Below are positions 36,976-47,341 of a stretch of DNA of 64,000 nucleotides, piece by piece (positions within the stretch are counted from its first letter, which is position 1; each line of letters starts with the position of its first letter). A program made the position numbers and the translations under genes. This DNA is from Candidatus Babeliales bacterium (GTDB lineage Bacteria; Babelota; Babeliae; Babelales; JBFXEV01). A model generated the notes under the pieces. It saw nothing but the letters and a program-made list of their open reading frames with translations. It ran no database searches and was not told the origin of the DNA. Location of the stretch: NCBI GenBank assembly GCA_050179755.1, contig JBFXEV010000001.1:777994-841993 (forward strand). The letters run 5' to 3'.

Positions 36976-38322
36976 ATGATGATAGTTTTTAATACATTAA
37001 CAGGTAAAAAAGAGCCGTTTGTGCCTCAGCATGAAAAGTCAGTAACGTTATACGTATGCGGTGTAACGCCATATGATCATGCGCATATTGGCCATGGGCG
37101 CTGTTATGTAACATTTGATCTTTTATATCGATTGCTTGAATCGCTCGGTTACGATGTTGTGTATTGCAGAAACTTTACTGATATTGATGATAAGTTGCTT
37201 AACAAAGCGCAGAAATTATTTGGTGATAAAATGCGCTATCTTGAACTTGCAAACGAATATATTGCTTCATATAATCATGATATGGCAGCGCTGAATACAG
37301 TGTTTCCAGCCTTTGAACCACGGGTAACAGAAAATATTCCAGCCATTATTAATTTTATAGAAGAATTGGTAGAAGCGGGCAAAGCGTATGTGGTAGAAGG
37401 TGGTGATGTTTATTTTAATATTCAAACGTTTGGTGAGTATGGTAAACTTTCAAAACAAAAAATTGATCAATTGCGTGCAGGAGAACGTGTGGAGGTTAAT
37501 AAGCTTAAGAAAGATCCTTTAGATTTTGCGTTATGGAAGTCGGAGCCGAAGGGTGAATTTTGGCAAAGTCCGTGGGGGTGGGGCAGACCCGGTTGGCATA
37601 TTGAATGTTCTGTTCTTGCAAAAGAATATCTTGGCACCACGCTTGATATTCATGCTGGCGGTCTTGATCTTGCATTCCCTCATCATGAAAATGAGATTGC
37701 ACAATCTGAAGGTTTACACGGCGTACCATTTGCACGCTATTGGATGCATAATGCGTTTGTGCGGATTGATAAAGAGAAGATGTCTAAATCTTTGGGCAAC
37801 TTTATACAGCTGAGAGCTCTGCTCAAAGACTATGACCCTATGGTAGTGCGCTATTATTATATTCAGCATCACTATCGCGCGCCGCTTGATTTTTCGTATG
37901 AAGAATTAGAGAACGCGCGCAAAGTGTATACCAAGTTGGTTAAAGCGTTTGAGAATGTGCCTATGCTAGGACCAAGTGAAACTACAAAAAAATTGGTTCG
38001 TAGCGAACCAATTATAGAACGCATGTCCGCATTTTTACGAGAAGACCTTAATACGTCTGGCATGTTTGGTGTGCTGCATGAGGAATTAAAAACTATTTTG
38101 GAACAACCAAAAGTAGCAAGTCATGTTAAACATTTTATGCAACACGTGCTTGGTTTGACTATGGAACCAGTAAAAGAGAAAACCGTTGAAATTACACCAG
38201 AAATACAAAAGCTTATTGATGCGCGAGCACAAGCGCGTGCTGATAAAGATTGGGCAACATCAGATAAGTTGCGTGATCAGTTGGCAGCTCTTGGCGTGGA
38301 TGTGCAAGATAAGAAACTGTAA
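36976..38322 (+). CDS. cysS: Cysteine--tRNA ligase (start likely MMIVFN at 36976)
   Basis: YVCGVTPY, HIGH, GRPGWHIECS, FPHHENE, KMSKS. Confidence 0.98.
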   Translation: MMIVFNTLTGKKEPFVPQHEKSVTLYVCGVTPYDHAHIGHGRCYVTFDLLYRLLESLGYDVVYCRNFTDIDDKLLNKAQKLFGDKMRYLELANEYIASYNHDMAALNTVFPAFEPRVTENIPAIINFIEELVEAGKAYVVEGGDVYFNIQTFGEYGKLSKQKIDQLRAGERVEVNKLKKDPLDFALWKSEPKGEFWQSPWGWGRPGWHIECSVLAKEYLGTTLDIHAGGLDLAFPHHENEIAQSEGLHGVPFARYWMHNAFVRIDKEKMSKSLGNFIQLRALLKDYDPMVVRYYYIQHHYRAPLDFSYEELENARKVYTKLVKAFENVPMLGPSETTKKLVRSEPIIERMSAFLREDLNTSGMFGVLHEELKTILEQPKVASHVKHFMQHVLGLTMEPVKEKTVEITPEIQKLIDARAQARADKDWATSDKLRDQLAALGVDVQDKKL

Positions 38323-38329
38323 AAATAGT

Positions 38330-38354
38330 AAAGGGGAGGAGAATCCTCCCCTTT
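38330..38354. terminator. Bidirectional terminator between cysS and trxA
   Basis: aaaggggagga-gaa-tcctccccttt. Confidence 0.85.
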
Positions 38355-38359
38355 AAATT

Positions 38360-38680
38360 TTAGCTTAAATGCTCAGTCACTTTAGCTTTTAAATCTTCTT
38401 TACTTAAATAACCTGTTTCTTTGCCTTTTACTTTGCCATCTTTCATAAAGACAAATGTGGGTATAGACGTAACGCCAAATTGCACGGCAAGATCGCGTGA
38501 TTCGTCTACATTTATTTTTACAAATTTGTGCGTTGCTGATAGTTCTTTTTCAAGTTCAGCAATAACTGGCTCCATCATTTGGCAGGGCCCGCACCACGTG
38601 GCATACACGTCTACAATCACGGGTTTGCTTGATTTAGTAACTTCTTGATCAAAATTATCTTTAGTAATGGCGAGTGGCAT
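38360..38680 (-). CDS. trxA: Cytoplasmic thioredoxin
   Basis: VDVYATWCGPC, SIPT; no signal peptide. Confidence 0.93.
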   Translation of the reverse strand: MPLAITKDNFDQEVTKSSKPVIVDVYATWCGPCQMMEPVIAELEKELSATHKFVKINVDESRDLAVQFGVTSIPTFVFMKDGKVKGKETGYLSKEDLKAKVTEHLS

Positions 38681-38692
38681 ACTTATTTTCCT

Positions 38693-39340
38693 TTAAATTA
38701 TGTTAGTTCCATAGATCATTGCGTAGACTAAATTTAATAGCGCTAAAATGCCAAAAAGGCAGACCAGTAAGCCGCAAATGGTATTTATGCGCTCTAGCGT
38801 ACGCGCGCTTATTTGTTTATGGATAAAAGACATTATAACGCTTGAAATTGTCCACCATAACATGGCACCCAAAAACACGCTGAATGCAACCAGAAATGCA
38901 GTTTGCGCATGAGCTTCTTCTGGCGATATGCCTATCGCCGTAAAAATACCCGCAAAGGTAAGAATGCTTGCTGGGTTAGAGAGCGTGAGTGCACAAGCAG
39001 ATAAATAAGCTTGTGAGTAATTTTCGCCTTTTTTTAAATCAGATTTAATGTGAGAGGGCGGTGTTGCTAAAATATAAATGCCAATAATAATGAGTACAAT
39101 GCCAGAAATTAATTGAATTAAAAGCGGGTGCGCATCAAGCTGTGAAGTAATAAAAGAAACGCCAAAGGCTGCAATGATGCTAAAAATAAAATCAGCCGTT
39201 GCCGATCCCAAGCCAGAAATAAAGCCAATAAGTGGCCCGCGAGAAAACATGCGCTTGAGGCATAAAATACCAATGGGGGTAATGGGGAGCGAGATAAAAA
39301 AGCCAATTGCAAGGGCTTTGAGCAATAACAAGAGTTCCAT
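38693..39340 (-). CDS. LysE-family transporter
   Basis: P..PIGILC, GLGSATAD, LTLSNP; about six TM helices. Confidence 0.88.
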   Translation of the reverse strand: MELLLLLKALAIGFFISLPITPIGILCLKRMFSRGPLIGFISGLGSATADFIFSIIAAFGVSFITSQLDAHPLLIQLISGIVLIIIGIYILATPPSHIKSDLKKGENYSQAYLSACALTLSNPASILTFAGIFTAIGISPEEAHAQTAFLVAFSVFLGAMLWWTISSVIMSFIHKQISARTLERINTICGLLVCLFGILALLNLVYAMIYGTNII

Positions 39341-39419
39341 AATACTTTCAATAAATTGTATGTATATAAGGTTACTGCCAATTGCGTGGCTTGTAAAATG
39401 GCAAAGGAATAGTTTTGCC

Positions 39420-40526
39420 TTATGTATGGTCTGTTGCAGCGGGTGATGCTTTTGAGTTAGTCGCTGCAGCTATGTATGGTGATTTTTGGATAACTCGATT
39501 AATGCTTTGTATAATCTCTTGCCTCAATTGTGCTTCGTTGTATTGTGGTAAATATTTTTTTGCTAAAGCTAATTTTTCTTTTACAATCTCAGGAATTAAT
39601 TCAACAGCAATCCTATGGCCTATTTCGGCAGGTAGCGGCAATAAACCTTGTTCTCCCCGTGATTTGCTTGTTAAAGTTATTATTGCAGGGATTACGTGTT
39701 GAACTTCCTGGGGGGTGGCGGATGTAAGGAGTGCTTTTAAACTCATGAGAATGCTGTGCTTAAAGTGTGATTGCACACGCTGTGTATTATATTCATTTAA
39801 AGCTCTATTGAGTGGTGTGCTGCCTGATTTATCAGGGGTATTCATATCTGCACCAGCTTCAATAAGTGTTGCAACTGTTGCGGCACTGTCCTGTAGATAT
39901 AATGCTGCTTTATGTAAAGGCGTTTTTCCGGCATCATTTTTAGCATTTATAGGTAAACCTTTGCCAAGAAGCACTGTAATTGCATTTGGTCGCACATGGT
40001 GAGCTGCAAGATGTAACAATGTATTGCAGTCACGGGTTTTTACATGTACATTTGCACCAGCATCAAGCAGCATATCTAAGATAGTCTCATCACTGGCAAA
40101 TGTATTTAATTCTTTAATTAATGGCGTATGATCAAATCTATCTGTGGCTTCAAGGTCAGCATGTTCATCAATAAGCATTCTGACGGCCAGAGCTTTATCA
40201 GTGATGATTGCACTATGCAGTGCAGTTTTACCGGTACTGCATCTAGCATTTTTATTTGCACCAGCATCAAGCAGTACACGCATTGCCTTAGTAGAGCCAC
40301 GTAAAGCAGCTGCCATGAGCGGAGTTCCGTCCAAAAAACTATAGGCCTCTTTATTAGCTCCTGCATTAAGAAGGCGCTCAACTTCTTGTGCGTCATCTTG
40401 CTTTGCAGCTTTAAATAATTGTTTATCTAGTGGCGTTAGCGCTTGGTGCATGGCATTCGCTGTATTTATAACTTGCAACAAAAAAGCGATTACAAATAGT
40501 GAGAATATATTTTTTAGGGTATACAT
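39420..40526 (-). CDS. Secreted ankyrin-repeat protein with C-terminal F-box-like motif (start likely MYTLKN at 40526)
   Basis: GTPLMAAA, GKTALHSA, GKTPLHKA repeats; LPLPAEIGHRIA. Confidence 0.9.
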   Translation of the reverse strand: MYTLKNIFSLFVIAFLLQVINTANAMHQALTPLDKQLFKAAKQDDAQEVERLLNAGANKEAYSFLDGTPLMAAALRGSTKAMRVLLDAGANKNARCSTGKTALHSAIITDKALAVRMLIDEHADLEATDRFDHTPLIKELNTFASDETILDMLLDAGANVHVKTRDCNTLLHLAAHHVRPNAITVLLGKGLPINAKNDAGKTPLHKAALYLQDSAATVATLIEAGADMNTPDKSGSTPLNRALNEYNTQRVQSHFKHSILMSLKALLTSATPQEVQHVIPAIITLTSKSRGEQGLLPLPAEIGHRIAVELIPEIVKEKLALAKKYLPQYNEAQLRQEIIQSINRVIQKSPYIAAATNSKASPAATDHT

Positions 40527-40654
40527 AAGGACTTTCATGAGGTTGCCAAGCTATTATAGGCTGATTTATTTCATTTAGTATACCTTAAAATGGGCCTTCA
40601 ATGCTATAGTACAAGTTTCTGATGAGGGTGCTAGAAAGGCGTGATATTATTCAA

Positions 40655-41395
40655 TTATATCTTTGTAGCAGTTTGCAGCATGCTTGCATGAAGCCATGTT
40701 TTTTTAAGCTCCCAAGATGGGATAAGATAGGCTAAAGGATGCCCTGACATAAAATATGAGCAAAAACCTACAACCTCGCCCAATGAATTAACCGCTGGGC
40801 CACCAAGATGTGTGAAGTTGTCTTCAACTTGAATCCAGCCATCTGGTTCTTTACCTGATACCGTTACTTGGTTAGCAGATATAGTATGTTCCTGCCGAGA
40901 CTTGCTACCGATAATTAATAGTGTATTACCTCTCTGAACTGCTTCGGAATTGCCAAGCGGCAAGGTAGGTAACTTTTTACAACTTTGTATAATTGACTGC
41001 ACATCTACATTTCTTAATTGTAATACTGCTAAGTCGTTGTCAGGAGTTACAAAAGATTGATACGCTTCAAACAATTGCCCACCGCATGCTTTTAAGGTTA
41101 TTTGTATATTTCTTGCTTGATTAACTAAATGAAAATTGGTAAGAATAGCGCCATCTTCGCTTACAATAAAGCCGACTCCATAACGCATATATTCTTTAGG
41201 TTCTTTTTGAGGTTGCAGTATATCTATTTCATGTATTGTAGCGGCAATATGCACGATGGCATTTTCTGAATCATTGCGGATTGCGCTCCAATCAAATTCT
41301 TGTGTAGCAGCTAAAGAATGTGCAAGGGTTAATGAAAAAACTGATAAAATGAATGGTTTAGGCATTATATTTGTTTCTATTTGAAATTTTAACAA
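40655..41395 (-). CDS. Trypsin-like (HtrA/S1C) protease-domain protein lacking the catalytic Ser
   Basis: GVGFIV, ILTNFHLV, DLAVL, LPLGNS; THLGGP in place of GNSGGP. Confidence 0.8.
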   Translation of the reverse strand: MLKFQIETNIMPKPFILSVFSLTLAHSLAATQEFDWSAIRNDSENAIVHIAATIHEIDILQPQKEPKEYMRYGVGFIVSEDGAILTNFHLVNQARNIQITLKACGGQLFEAYQSFVTPDNDLAVLQLRNVDVQSIIQSCKKLPTLPLGNSEAVQRGNTLLIIGSKSRQEHTISANQVTVSGKEPDGWIQVEDNFTHLGGPAVNSLGEVVGFCSYFMSGHPLAYLIPSWELKKTWLHASMLQTATKI

Positions 41396-41507
41396 TAATT
41401 AAATATGTTTTTATTATAATTTATTAGATAAAGAAAGCAATTTTGTATTGTTTCCTATACAGGATTATTGCGTTTTTTAAGATAAATGAGTACCTATTAT
41501 TTTACTA

Positions 41508-41536
41508 TTGACCGACGGTCGGTCTAGTGCTATACT
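41508..41536 (+). promoter_or_regulatory. Sigma70 promoter overlapped by palindromic operator, probably for the TetR
   Basis: TTGACC-N17-TATACT with TG extension; gaccgac-g-gtcggtc palindrome at 41510-41524. Confidence 0.75.
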
Positions 41537-41582
41537 AGTACTATAATCATGAGTAAACCTTTTATAAGACAGATTGGACCCT

Positions 41583-42389
41583 ATGGAAAGTGTGTATCAT
41601 TACAAACCTATTCAATTTTTTCTAGCCGTGCTATCAATTAGCCTTAGTGCGGGATTTGCAGCAGCTTACGCAAGTTATCAGCAAGGCATGGCGTGGCTGC
41701 AATTGCTTGGTATGCTTATAATGTTGTGTACGCCATGTGGTGTGGCAATATACATGATTTATAGATCAAAAAATGCACATGTACGGCAGGATTTTTGGCG
41801 GCGATTACACATGCCAAAAATAACGGGCATGTCTTTGTTGATACTAGTTGCGCTCATGCCTGTTACGCTGTTTTTGGCAACGTCAATTTCTTTATTGTTT
41901 GGTTATTCAGCTAATCAATTTAATCTTTCACCGGAATTTGCAGGTGGGCCAGGGCAGATTGCAATAAGCTTACTGTTTGTTCTGGTTGTAGCATTGCTTG
42001 AAGAACTTGGTTGGCGCGGATATGGTGTGAATAGCCTCAGGTCACGGTATAATTTATTTACCTCGAGTATGTTATTTGCAGCTTTCTGGGGGTTATGGCA
42101 TGTGCCGCTCTTTTTTATCAAAGATTATTATCAATATAATCTATGGCAAGCGAGTAGTATCTATACGCTGAATTTCTTTGCCAGTTTGGTGCCGGCAACC
42201 ATCTTGATGAATTGGCTCTATTATAAAAATAATCGCAACATCATTATTTGTGTACTTTTTCATGCCATGCTTAATCTTAGTGCGATGCTTTTTCAAACTG
42301 AGCAGTTTACTAAATGCATTATGACTTTTCTCTTAATGCTAGTTTCGGTTGCCCTTGTTAACCGAGATAAAAAATTATTTTTTACTTAA
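41583..42389 (+). CDS. CPBP/Abi (CAAX-type) intramembrane protease 1 (start likely ATG 41583)
   Basis: EELGWRGY, WGLWHVP, FH..LN motifs. Confidence 0.93.
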   Translation: MESVYHYKPIQFFLAVLSISLSAGFAAAYASYQQGMAWLQLLGMLIMLCTPCGVAIYMIYRSKNAHVRQDFWRRLHMPKITGMSLLILVALMPVTLFLATSISLLFGYSANQFNLSPEFAGGPGQIAISLLFVLVVALLEELGWRGYGVNSLRSRYNLFTSSMLFAAFWGLWHVPLFFIKDYYQYNLWQASSIYTLNFFASLVPATILMNWLYYKNNRNIIICVLFHAMLNLSAMLFQTEQFTKCIMTFLLMLVSVALVNRDKKLFFT

Positions 42390-42411
42390 TTATTAATATT
42401 GGAGATCGATT

Positions 42412-43038
42412 ATGGTGAGAACCGTAAAAAAGCCTGAAGATCGCAAAGTAGAAATTATAAGTGCGGCTCGGCATTTATTTGAGCTTAAGGGGTATGATAA
42501 AGTTACCATGCAAGATGTCATGGGCTTTTTGGGCGTAGCCAAGGGTACTATTTATCATTACTTCAAATCAAAAGAAGAGCTTTTTGAGGCGGTAATAGAA
42601 GACATTGTGGATACTAGTATTGAGCGCATGCAAATTCTTTTGCAAGAAGCAACTGGAACTGCATTAGAAAAAATGCAAATGCTGATAGCAGCTGGCAATA
42701 TAAGTGTGGAACATGAGAAGCTATTGGGCGCCCTCCATGCGCGTAATGATGTTATGCATGCACGACTTCTTGCTCGTGCAGTAACAAAACAAGCTGTTGT
42801 GTATGCGCAAGTAATTGAGCAAGGTTGTAAAGAAGGCGTTTTCCAAACAGAGTCGCCGCAAGAAGTAGCAGAGTTTATGCTATCAGGTGTTCAGTTTCTC
42901 ATTGATAAGGGCATTTACCCTTGGACGCATGAAGATCTTGTGCGTAGAGCAAATGCCTTTCCAGGGATACTTGAAAATCTTTTGAAGGCGCCAAAAGGAT
43001 CATTTGATTTTTTACCTAATTTGTTAAACAGTAACTAA
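42412..43038 (+). CDS. TetR/AcrR-family transcriptional regulator
   Basis: LFELKGY..VTMQDV...GVAKGTIYHYFKSKEELF. Confidence 0.96.
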   Translation: MVRTVKKPEDRKVEIISAARHLFELKGYDKVTMQDVMGFLGVAKGTIYHYFKSKEELFEAVIEDIVDTSIERMQILLQEATGTALEKMQMLIAAGNISVEHEKLLGALHARNDVMHARLLARAVTKQAVVYAQVIEQGCKEGVFQTESPQEVAEFMLSGVQFLIDKGIYPWTHEDLVRRANAFPGILENLLKAPKGSFDFLPNLLNSN

Positions 43039-43047
43039 GGATATTAC

Positions 43048-43866
43048 ATGTTAAAGACGTATACATATAAACCATTATCATTCTTTTTAACCGCGTTTAC
43101 TATAAGTTGGGCGCTGTGGGCTTGTGCAATTTATGTAAGTTGGCAGCCAACAATGCAATCTCTTTTAATGCCATTAGTTCTTGGCGGTATTGCAGGCCCT
43201 GCACTAGCTTCATTATTCATCTTAATCAAATCACAGAATAAAGAATTGTGGCATGATTTTATTGAGCGGTTACGGCCGGGTAGGATTACAAAGAAGTTTA
43301 TTCCTGTTGTATTGTTCTTATTTCCGTGCCAAATAATACTTGCAATAGCAATATCTTTATTGTTTGGTCAATCGGCAGATCAATTTGGCCTGAGCACACA
43401 GTCTTCTGACCAAGTGTTGCAAGGAATCAATGCTTTGATGATTATAGTGGTGGTATTTCTTGTGGGTCCGCTTGAAGAGTTAGGTTGGCGCGGGTATGGT
43501 ATTGATAGCTTAAAAACAAAATTCAGTCTCTTTAAAGCGTCTTTACTTTTAGGCGTTATTTGGGGCGCTTGGCACGTGCCGCTCTTCTTGATAAAGAATG
43601 GTGCCTATCAAGAGATATGGAGTTTAGGTTTAGTGCATACGTCACTGTATTTTGTTGATTTAGTGCTGCTTACCATAATCAACAATTGGTTATATTATAA
43701 AAATAATCGAAGTATCTTAGTTGCAATTATGTTTCATAGTATTTTAGATATTTGCATGAGCATTTTTCATATAACGCCAGTTACCTGGATTATTCTTACG
43801 TTCATTTTACTCTTTACATCAATTATTATCATTAGGAAAGATAAAGAGCTATTTTTTAATAAATGA
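43048..43866 (+). CDS. CPBP/Abi intramembrane protease 2
   Basis: EELGWRGY, WGAWHVP, MFHS; paralog of the upstream CPBP. Confidence 0.93.
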   Translation: MLKTYTYKPLSFFLTAFTISWALWACAIYVSWQPTMQSLLMPLVLGGIAGPALASLFILIKSQNKELWHDFIERLRPGRITKKFIPVVLFLFPCQIILAIAISLLFGQSADQFGLSTQSSDQVLQGINALMIIVVVFLVGPLEELGWRGYGIDSLKTKFSLFKASLLLGVIWGAWHVPLFLIKNGAYQEIWSLGLVHTSLYFVDLVLLTIINNWLYYKNNRSILVAIMFHSILDICMSIFHITPVTWIILTFILLFTSIIIIRKDKELFFNK

Positions 43867-44016
43867 TTTTTAAGCAAAAACGTTTGGTTTAGAAAAGCTG
43901 TTATTTTGGTTTAAAAAAATAACTCAGTAATATGGCATATTTCTGTGCGTTTTGCGCTGGTAATCACTGTGGAGTAGCTTCTATAGCATTACAAAGTGTG
44001 AATATGAGTCTAAAGT

Positions 44017-44793
44017 TCAAAGCGTAGCCTTTTTTGTAGCTTTTACGATATACGTAGGATTTCCAAAGGTATACCGTGGGCCAAGCCGTTCCACATTATT
44101 AAAATTATGTGTCTTAAAAAATGCTTCATATTCCTGCCAAGTATCAATATCCATAAGAGCTACCGCACCGCCCGGCTTGAGTACCCGCATGATCTCCAAA
44201 AGTGCCTTCTTTCGTTCATGCTCTCCAGAAATATTATGAAGAGCCCAACTTGATATGATAATATCAAAGCTATCCGTATTAAATGGCATCTTGCGTGCAT
44301 CAGCGGTAATAACTTCAATGCGATTCGATACGCCTTCTAACTGGGCATTCTCAAGTGTAGCTGCCGCATTGTTTTGGGTTTGGTCATCGATGCACCAAAT
44401 ATCAATGCCTGTGGCTTTGCCCGTTTTTAATTTTTTGGCAGCACTTAGGAGTAATAATCCTCGACCACACCCTACATCAAGAATTTGTTCATCACCCTGA
44501 ATAGTTATTAAGCTTAATAACCAATCACGTTCTCTGAATTTCAGTTTACGGCTTCCATACATAATGGTCATTACTGGGTAGAGCATGCTCAACGCGCTCA
44601 ATAACAATGCACCGATAATAAGCCAACTGATTATGGGATACGTTGTATGTAAAGCATAATGTGCTATAACAGAGCATAGTATTAGTACAACACTCATTAT
44701 GCTACACATGCGTATAACTTTGGGGGCGTCATAGCCATAATCTGGTTTATTTAGCTTTGCCATATATTCCTTATTGTGTTGAATAATATTCAT
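44017..44793 (-). CDS. Class I SAM-dependent methyltransferase with N-terminal TM helices
   Basis: ILDVGCGRG, GIDIW, MPF..SFD, RVLKPGG. Confidence 0.93.
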   Translation of the reverse strand: MNIIQHNKEYMAKLNKPDYGYDAPKVIRMCSIMSVVLILCSVIAHYALHTTYPIISWLIIGALLLSALSMLYPVMTIMYGSRKLKFRERDWLLSLITIQGDEQILDVGCGRGLLLLSAAKKLKTGKATGIDIWCIDDQTQNNAAATLENAQLEGVSNRIEVITADARKMPFNTDSFDIIISSWALHNISGEHERKKALLEIMRVLKPGGAVALMDIDTWQEYEAFFKTHNFNNVERLGPRYTFGNPTYIVKATKKATL

Positions 44794-45065
44794 AATATAG
44801 CATTTTATGACTTTTTACTACTGTTTTTTTAGTGCAATTAGAAAGAACGTTTTGGGTGAACAAGATCAGCCATTGGAGCAATAATAATAATAATTTCATG
44901 ATGCTTTTTCCAAAATTGCTTGATCTTGATAGTATATTAATACTACAGTGAATAGTGGGGCTTTCTATTGATATTGGGAAATGTTGGGTAAGCATGATCT
45001 TAAATAACCTTTATCCGAATCTGTACAGAGACGGATCCATTTGAATAGACGTATAGGGATATATT

Positions 45066-46868
45066 TTGCGCATCGCAACCATTATTGTTTTAATTATTAC
45101 ACTGTTGAGTGGCCTCTATTTTTTTAGGAAATTGCATATGCAATCACATGATAATTCTTTAAGCACTGGAGTAATCCAGGTAGATCAGTTTCAGCTGGGG
45201 TACCAAGTTATTGGTCAAGGAAAGCCAGCACTTGTTATTGGCAGCGCGATTTTTTATCCTCGAACATTTTCTAAAGATTTGGCAGAGCACTTACGCATGT
45301 ATTTTATTGATCATGCAGGGTTTGCACCAGTTCCCGCAGAATCTATTGATAATTCCCGCTTTGATCTTGATCATTTAATCAATGATATTGAAACAATGCG
45401 TAAAGCGCTTGATCTTGATAAGTTTATTATCATTGGGCATTCAGGGCATGGGTATTTAGCGCTTGAGTATGCAAAGCGTTATCCGCAGCATGTAACCGAA
45501 GTTATTATGATAGCCACTGCGCCTAATTTAAGCCCGGCAATACATCAGGCTGCCGATGACTATTTTAATCAAACGGCGACTGCTGAACGTAAGCAATTTC
45601 TTGAGCACAATCTAGCGAAGCTTCCACAAGAACTCGCAGCGCATCGAGAAAGAAGATTTGCGATTGTCTTGCAACTCCTGGGCGCACGCAGTTGGTTTGA
45701 TTACCGCTATGATGCAGCGCCTCTTTGGCAAGATGTATTTATGAACATGCATGCCATTGATTATATGTGGGGCGTTGTATTTCGTGATATTGATATTACA
45801 AAAGGTTTAGAAAAATTTGAAATACCGGTGTTATTAGTGCTTGGCAACTATGATTTTTTAATACCAGAATCAAGAGTGTGGGATTCTTATAAACCTAAAT
45901 TTAAGGATTTAACCGTGCATGTGCTTGAGCAAAGTGGGCATACGCCGCAACTTGAGCAACCGGAGTTATTTGATAAGATCGTGCTTGAATGGTTGCAAGA
46001 AAAAGAACAATTGAATGGACAACTTACGCGGGAGCGTCTTGTTAACAACAATGGTGTAACACTTTGGGCTCAAAGTTTTGGTAACCCTAAAAATCCTGCC
46101 ATCTTGTTAATTTCTGGCGCTGGAGCGCCTGCTGCCTTTTGGACCCCAGAATTTATTAAGCATTTTGTTGATAATAATTATTTTGTGATTCGTTTTGATA
46201 ATCGCGATACTGGTTTATCTTCTGCAATTGATTATGAGAAAGCGCCTTACACTGCATTAGATTTGGCGAGTGATGCAATTGCTATTTTGGATGCCTATCA
46301 TATAAAAAAAGCACATGTGGTGGGTCATTCAATGGGGGGACTTATTGCGCAACTACTCGCTATTTATTACCCGGAACACATTTTGAGCATTCATTCACTA
46401 TCAATGGGCACTGTTGGCGGCATTGGTGCGCCACCGCAAGAAGTGATGCAAGTGCTTATGGCAAATAAACCCACACAAAATTTTCAAGAAAGTTTGCCAG
46501 GTTTTATGAAGTCGTGGCAAATTTTAAATGGTGATTTGCCTTTTGATAATGCATTAGCTACTGAATATACGCGCGATATGTACGTTCGCTCACATCATCC
46601 GGTAGGCGTTGCATGGAATCACATTAAAGCACAAGAAGGATTTGCTGATTTAAAGAAAGAATTGGCGTCCATTAAAGTGCCGGCATTTTTTATTCACGGA
46701 GAAAAAGATCCACTTATCCCCGTGCAAGCTGGTATTGCTACAGCTCAGGCAATTCCAAATAGCAAAATGGTTGTTGTTCATAGTATGGGGCATATGATGT
46801 TTAATAGAGATTTAGAACATGATATTGCCAACATTATACTAGATAATTTACAATCCGTTAAAGATTGA
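45066..46868 (+). CDS. Tandem double alpha/beta hydrolase with N-terminal anchor
   Basis: Two domains: GHSGH...D...SGH and DNRDTG...GHSMGG...HGEKDPL...MGH. Confidence 0.9.
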   Translation: MRIATIIVLIITLLSGLYFFRKLHMQSHDNSLSTGVIQVDQFQLGYQVIGQGKPALVIGSAIFYPRTFSKDLAEHLRMYFIDHAGFAPVPAESIDNSRFDLDHLINDIETMRKALDLDKFIIIGHSGHGYLALEYAKRYPQHVTEVIMIATAPNLSPAIHQAADDYFNQTATAERKQFLEHNLAKLPQELAAHRERRFAIVLQLLGARSWFDYRYDAAPLWQDVFMNMHAIDYMWGVVFRDIDITKGLEKFEIPVLLVLGNYDFLIPESRVWDSYKPKFKDLTVHVLEQSGHTPQLEQPELFDKIVLEWLQEKEQLNGQLTRERLVNNNGVTLWAQSFGNPKNPAILLISGAGAPAAFWTPEFIKHFVDNNYFVIRFDNRDTGLSSAIDYEKAPYTALDLASDAIAILDAYHIKKAHVVGHSMGGLIAQLLAIYYPEHILSIHSLSMGTVGGIGAPPQEVMQVLMANKPTQNFQESLPGFMKSWQILNGDLPFDNALATEYTRDMYVRSHHPVGVAWNHIKAQEGFADLKKELASIKVPAFFIHGEKDPLIPVQAGIATAQAIPNSKMVVVHSMGHMMFNRDLEHDIANIILDNLQSVKD

Positions 46869-46881
46869 TTTTTTGTGTCTT

Positions 46882-46927
46882 AAACCTTAAGAAGCTCTAC
46901 ACGTAAATATAGAGCTTCTTAAGGTTT
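46882..46927. terminator. Long bidirectional terminator hairpin
   Basis: aaaccttaagaagctcta...tagagcttcttaaggttt; copy at ~50439-50474. Confidence 0.8.
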
Positions 46928-47302
46928 TTACTGCTTTGAGCCAAAAAGTTTATTATACCAGCTTGTATCTGCGGCTTGTTGTTCTTCATATCGTTTTTTT
47001 AGATATGAGAATGATTGTTCTGCATTAGCATCTTCAACACGCATTGGATAAACAAAACGAGTTCCTGGCGTTTGTTGCATCTTAGTTTGTGCACCCCAAA
47101 ATTTGCCTGTTTTTTTATTGTGACATGCAATATCTGGGCCTTCTGGGCTCGCAGGTAGGCTATAACATTCTTCAAATTCGCTGAATTGTGTGCGTTCAAC
47201 TTTAGTTTTTGCTGGTTTTTTTTCCATAGCATTTGCTGTGTTCATAGCCTGCATTACTAAAGCAATCGCAAATAGTGCAAATATATTTTTTACTGTAGAC
47301 AT
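46928..47302 (-). CDS. Small secreted protein (two Cys), family member 1
   Basis: Signal peptide ...NTANA then MEKK; ECY..IAC motif shared with 47342. Confidence 0.8.
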   Translation of the reverse strand: MSTVKNIFALFAIALVMQAMNTANAMEKKPAKTKVERTQFSEFEECYSLPASPEGPDIACHNKKTGKFWGAQTKMQQTPGTRFVYPMRVEDANAEQSFSYLKKRYEEQQAADTSWYNKLFGSKQ

Positions 47303-47341
47303 AACATCTTCTCTATGTGGTTTATAAGCGATTTATCTTGC

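Noticed and set aside
44985..45060. Possible palindromic element upstream of the double hydrolase
   Set aside because: Single copy in the window with weak pairing; cannot be supported.
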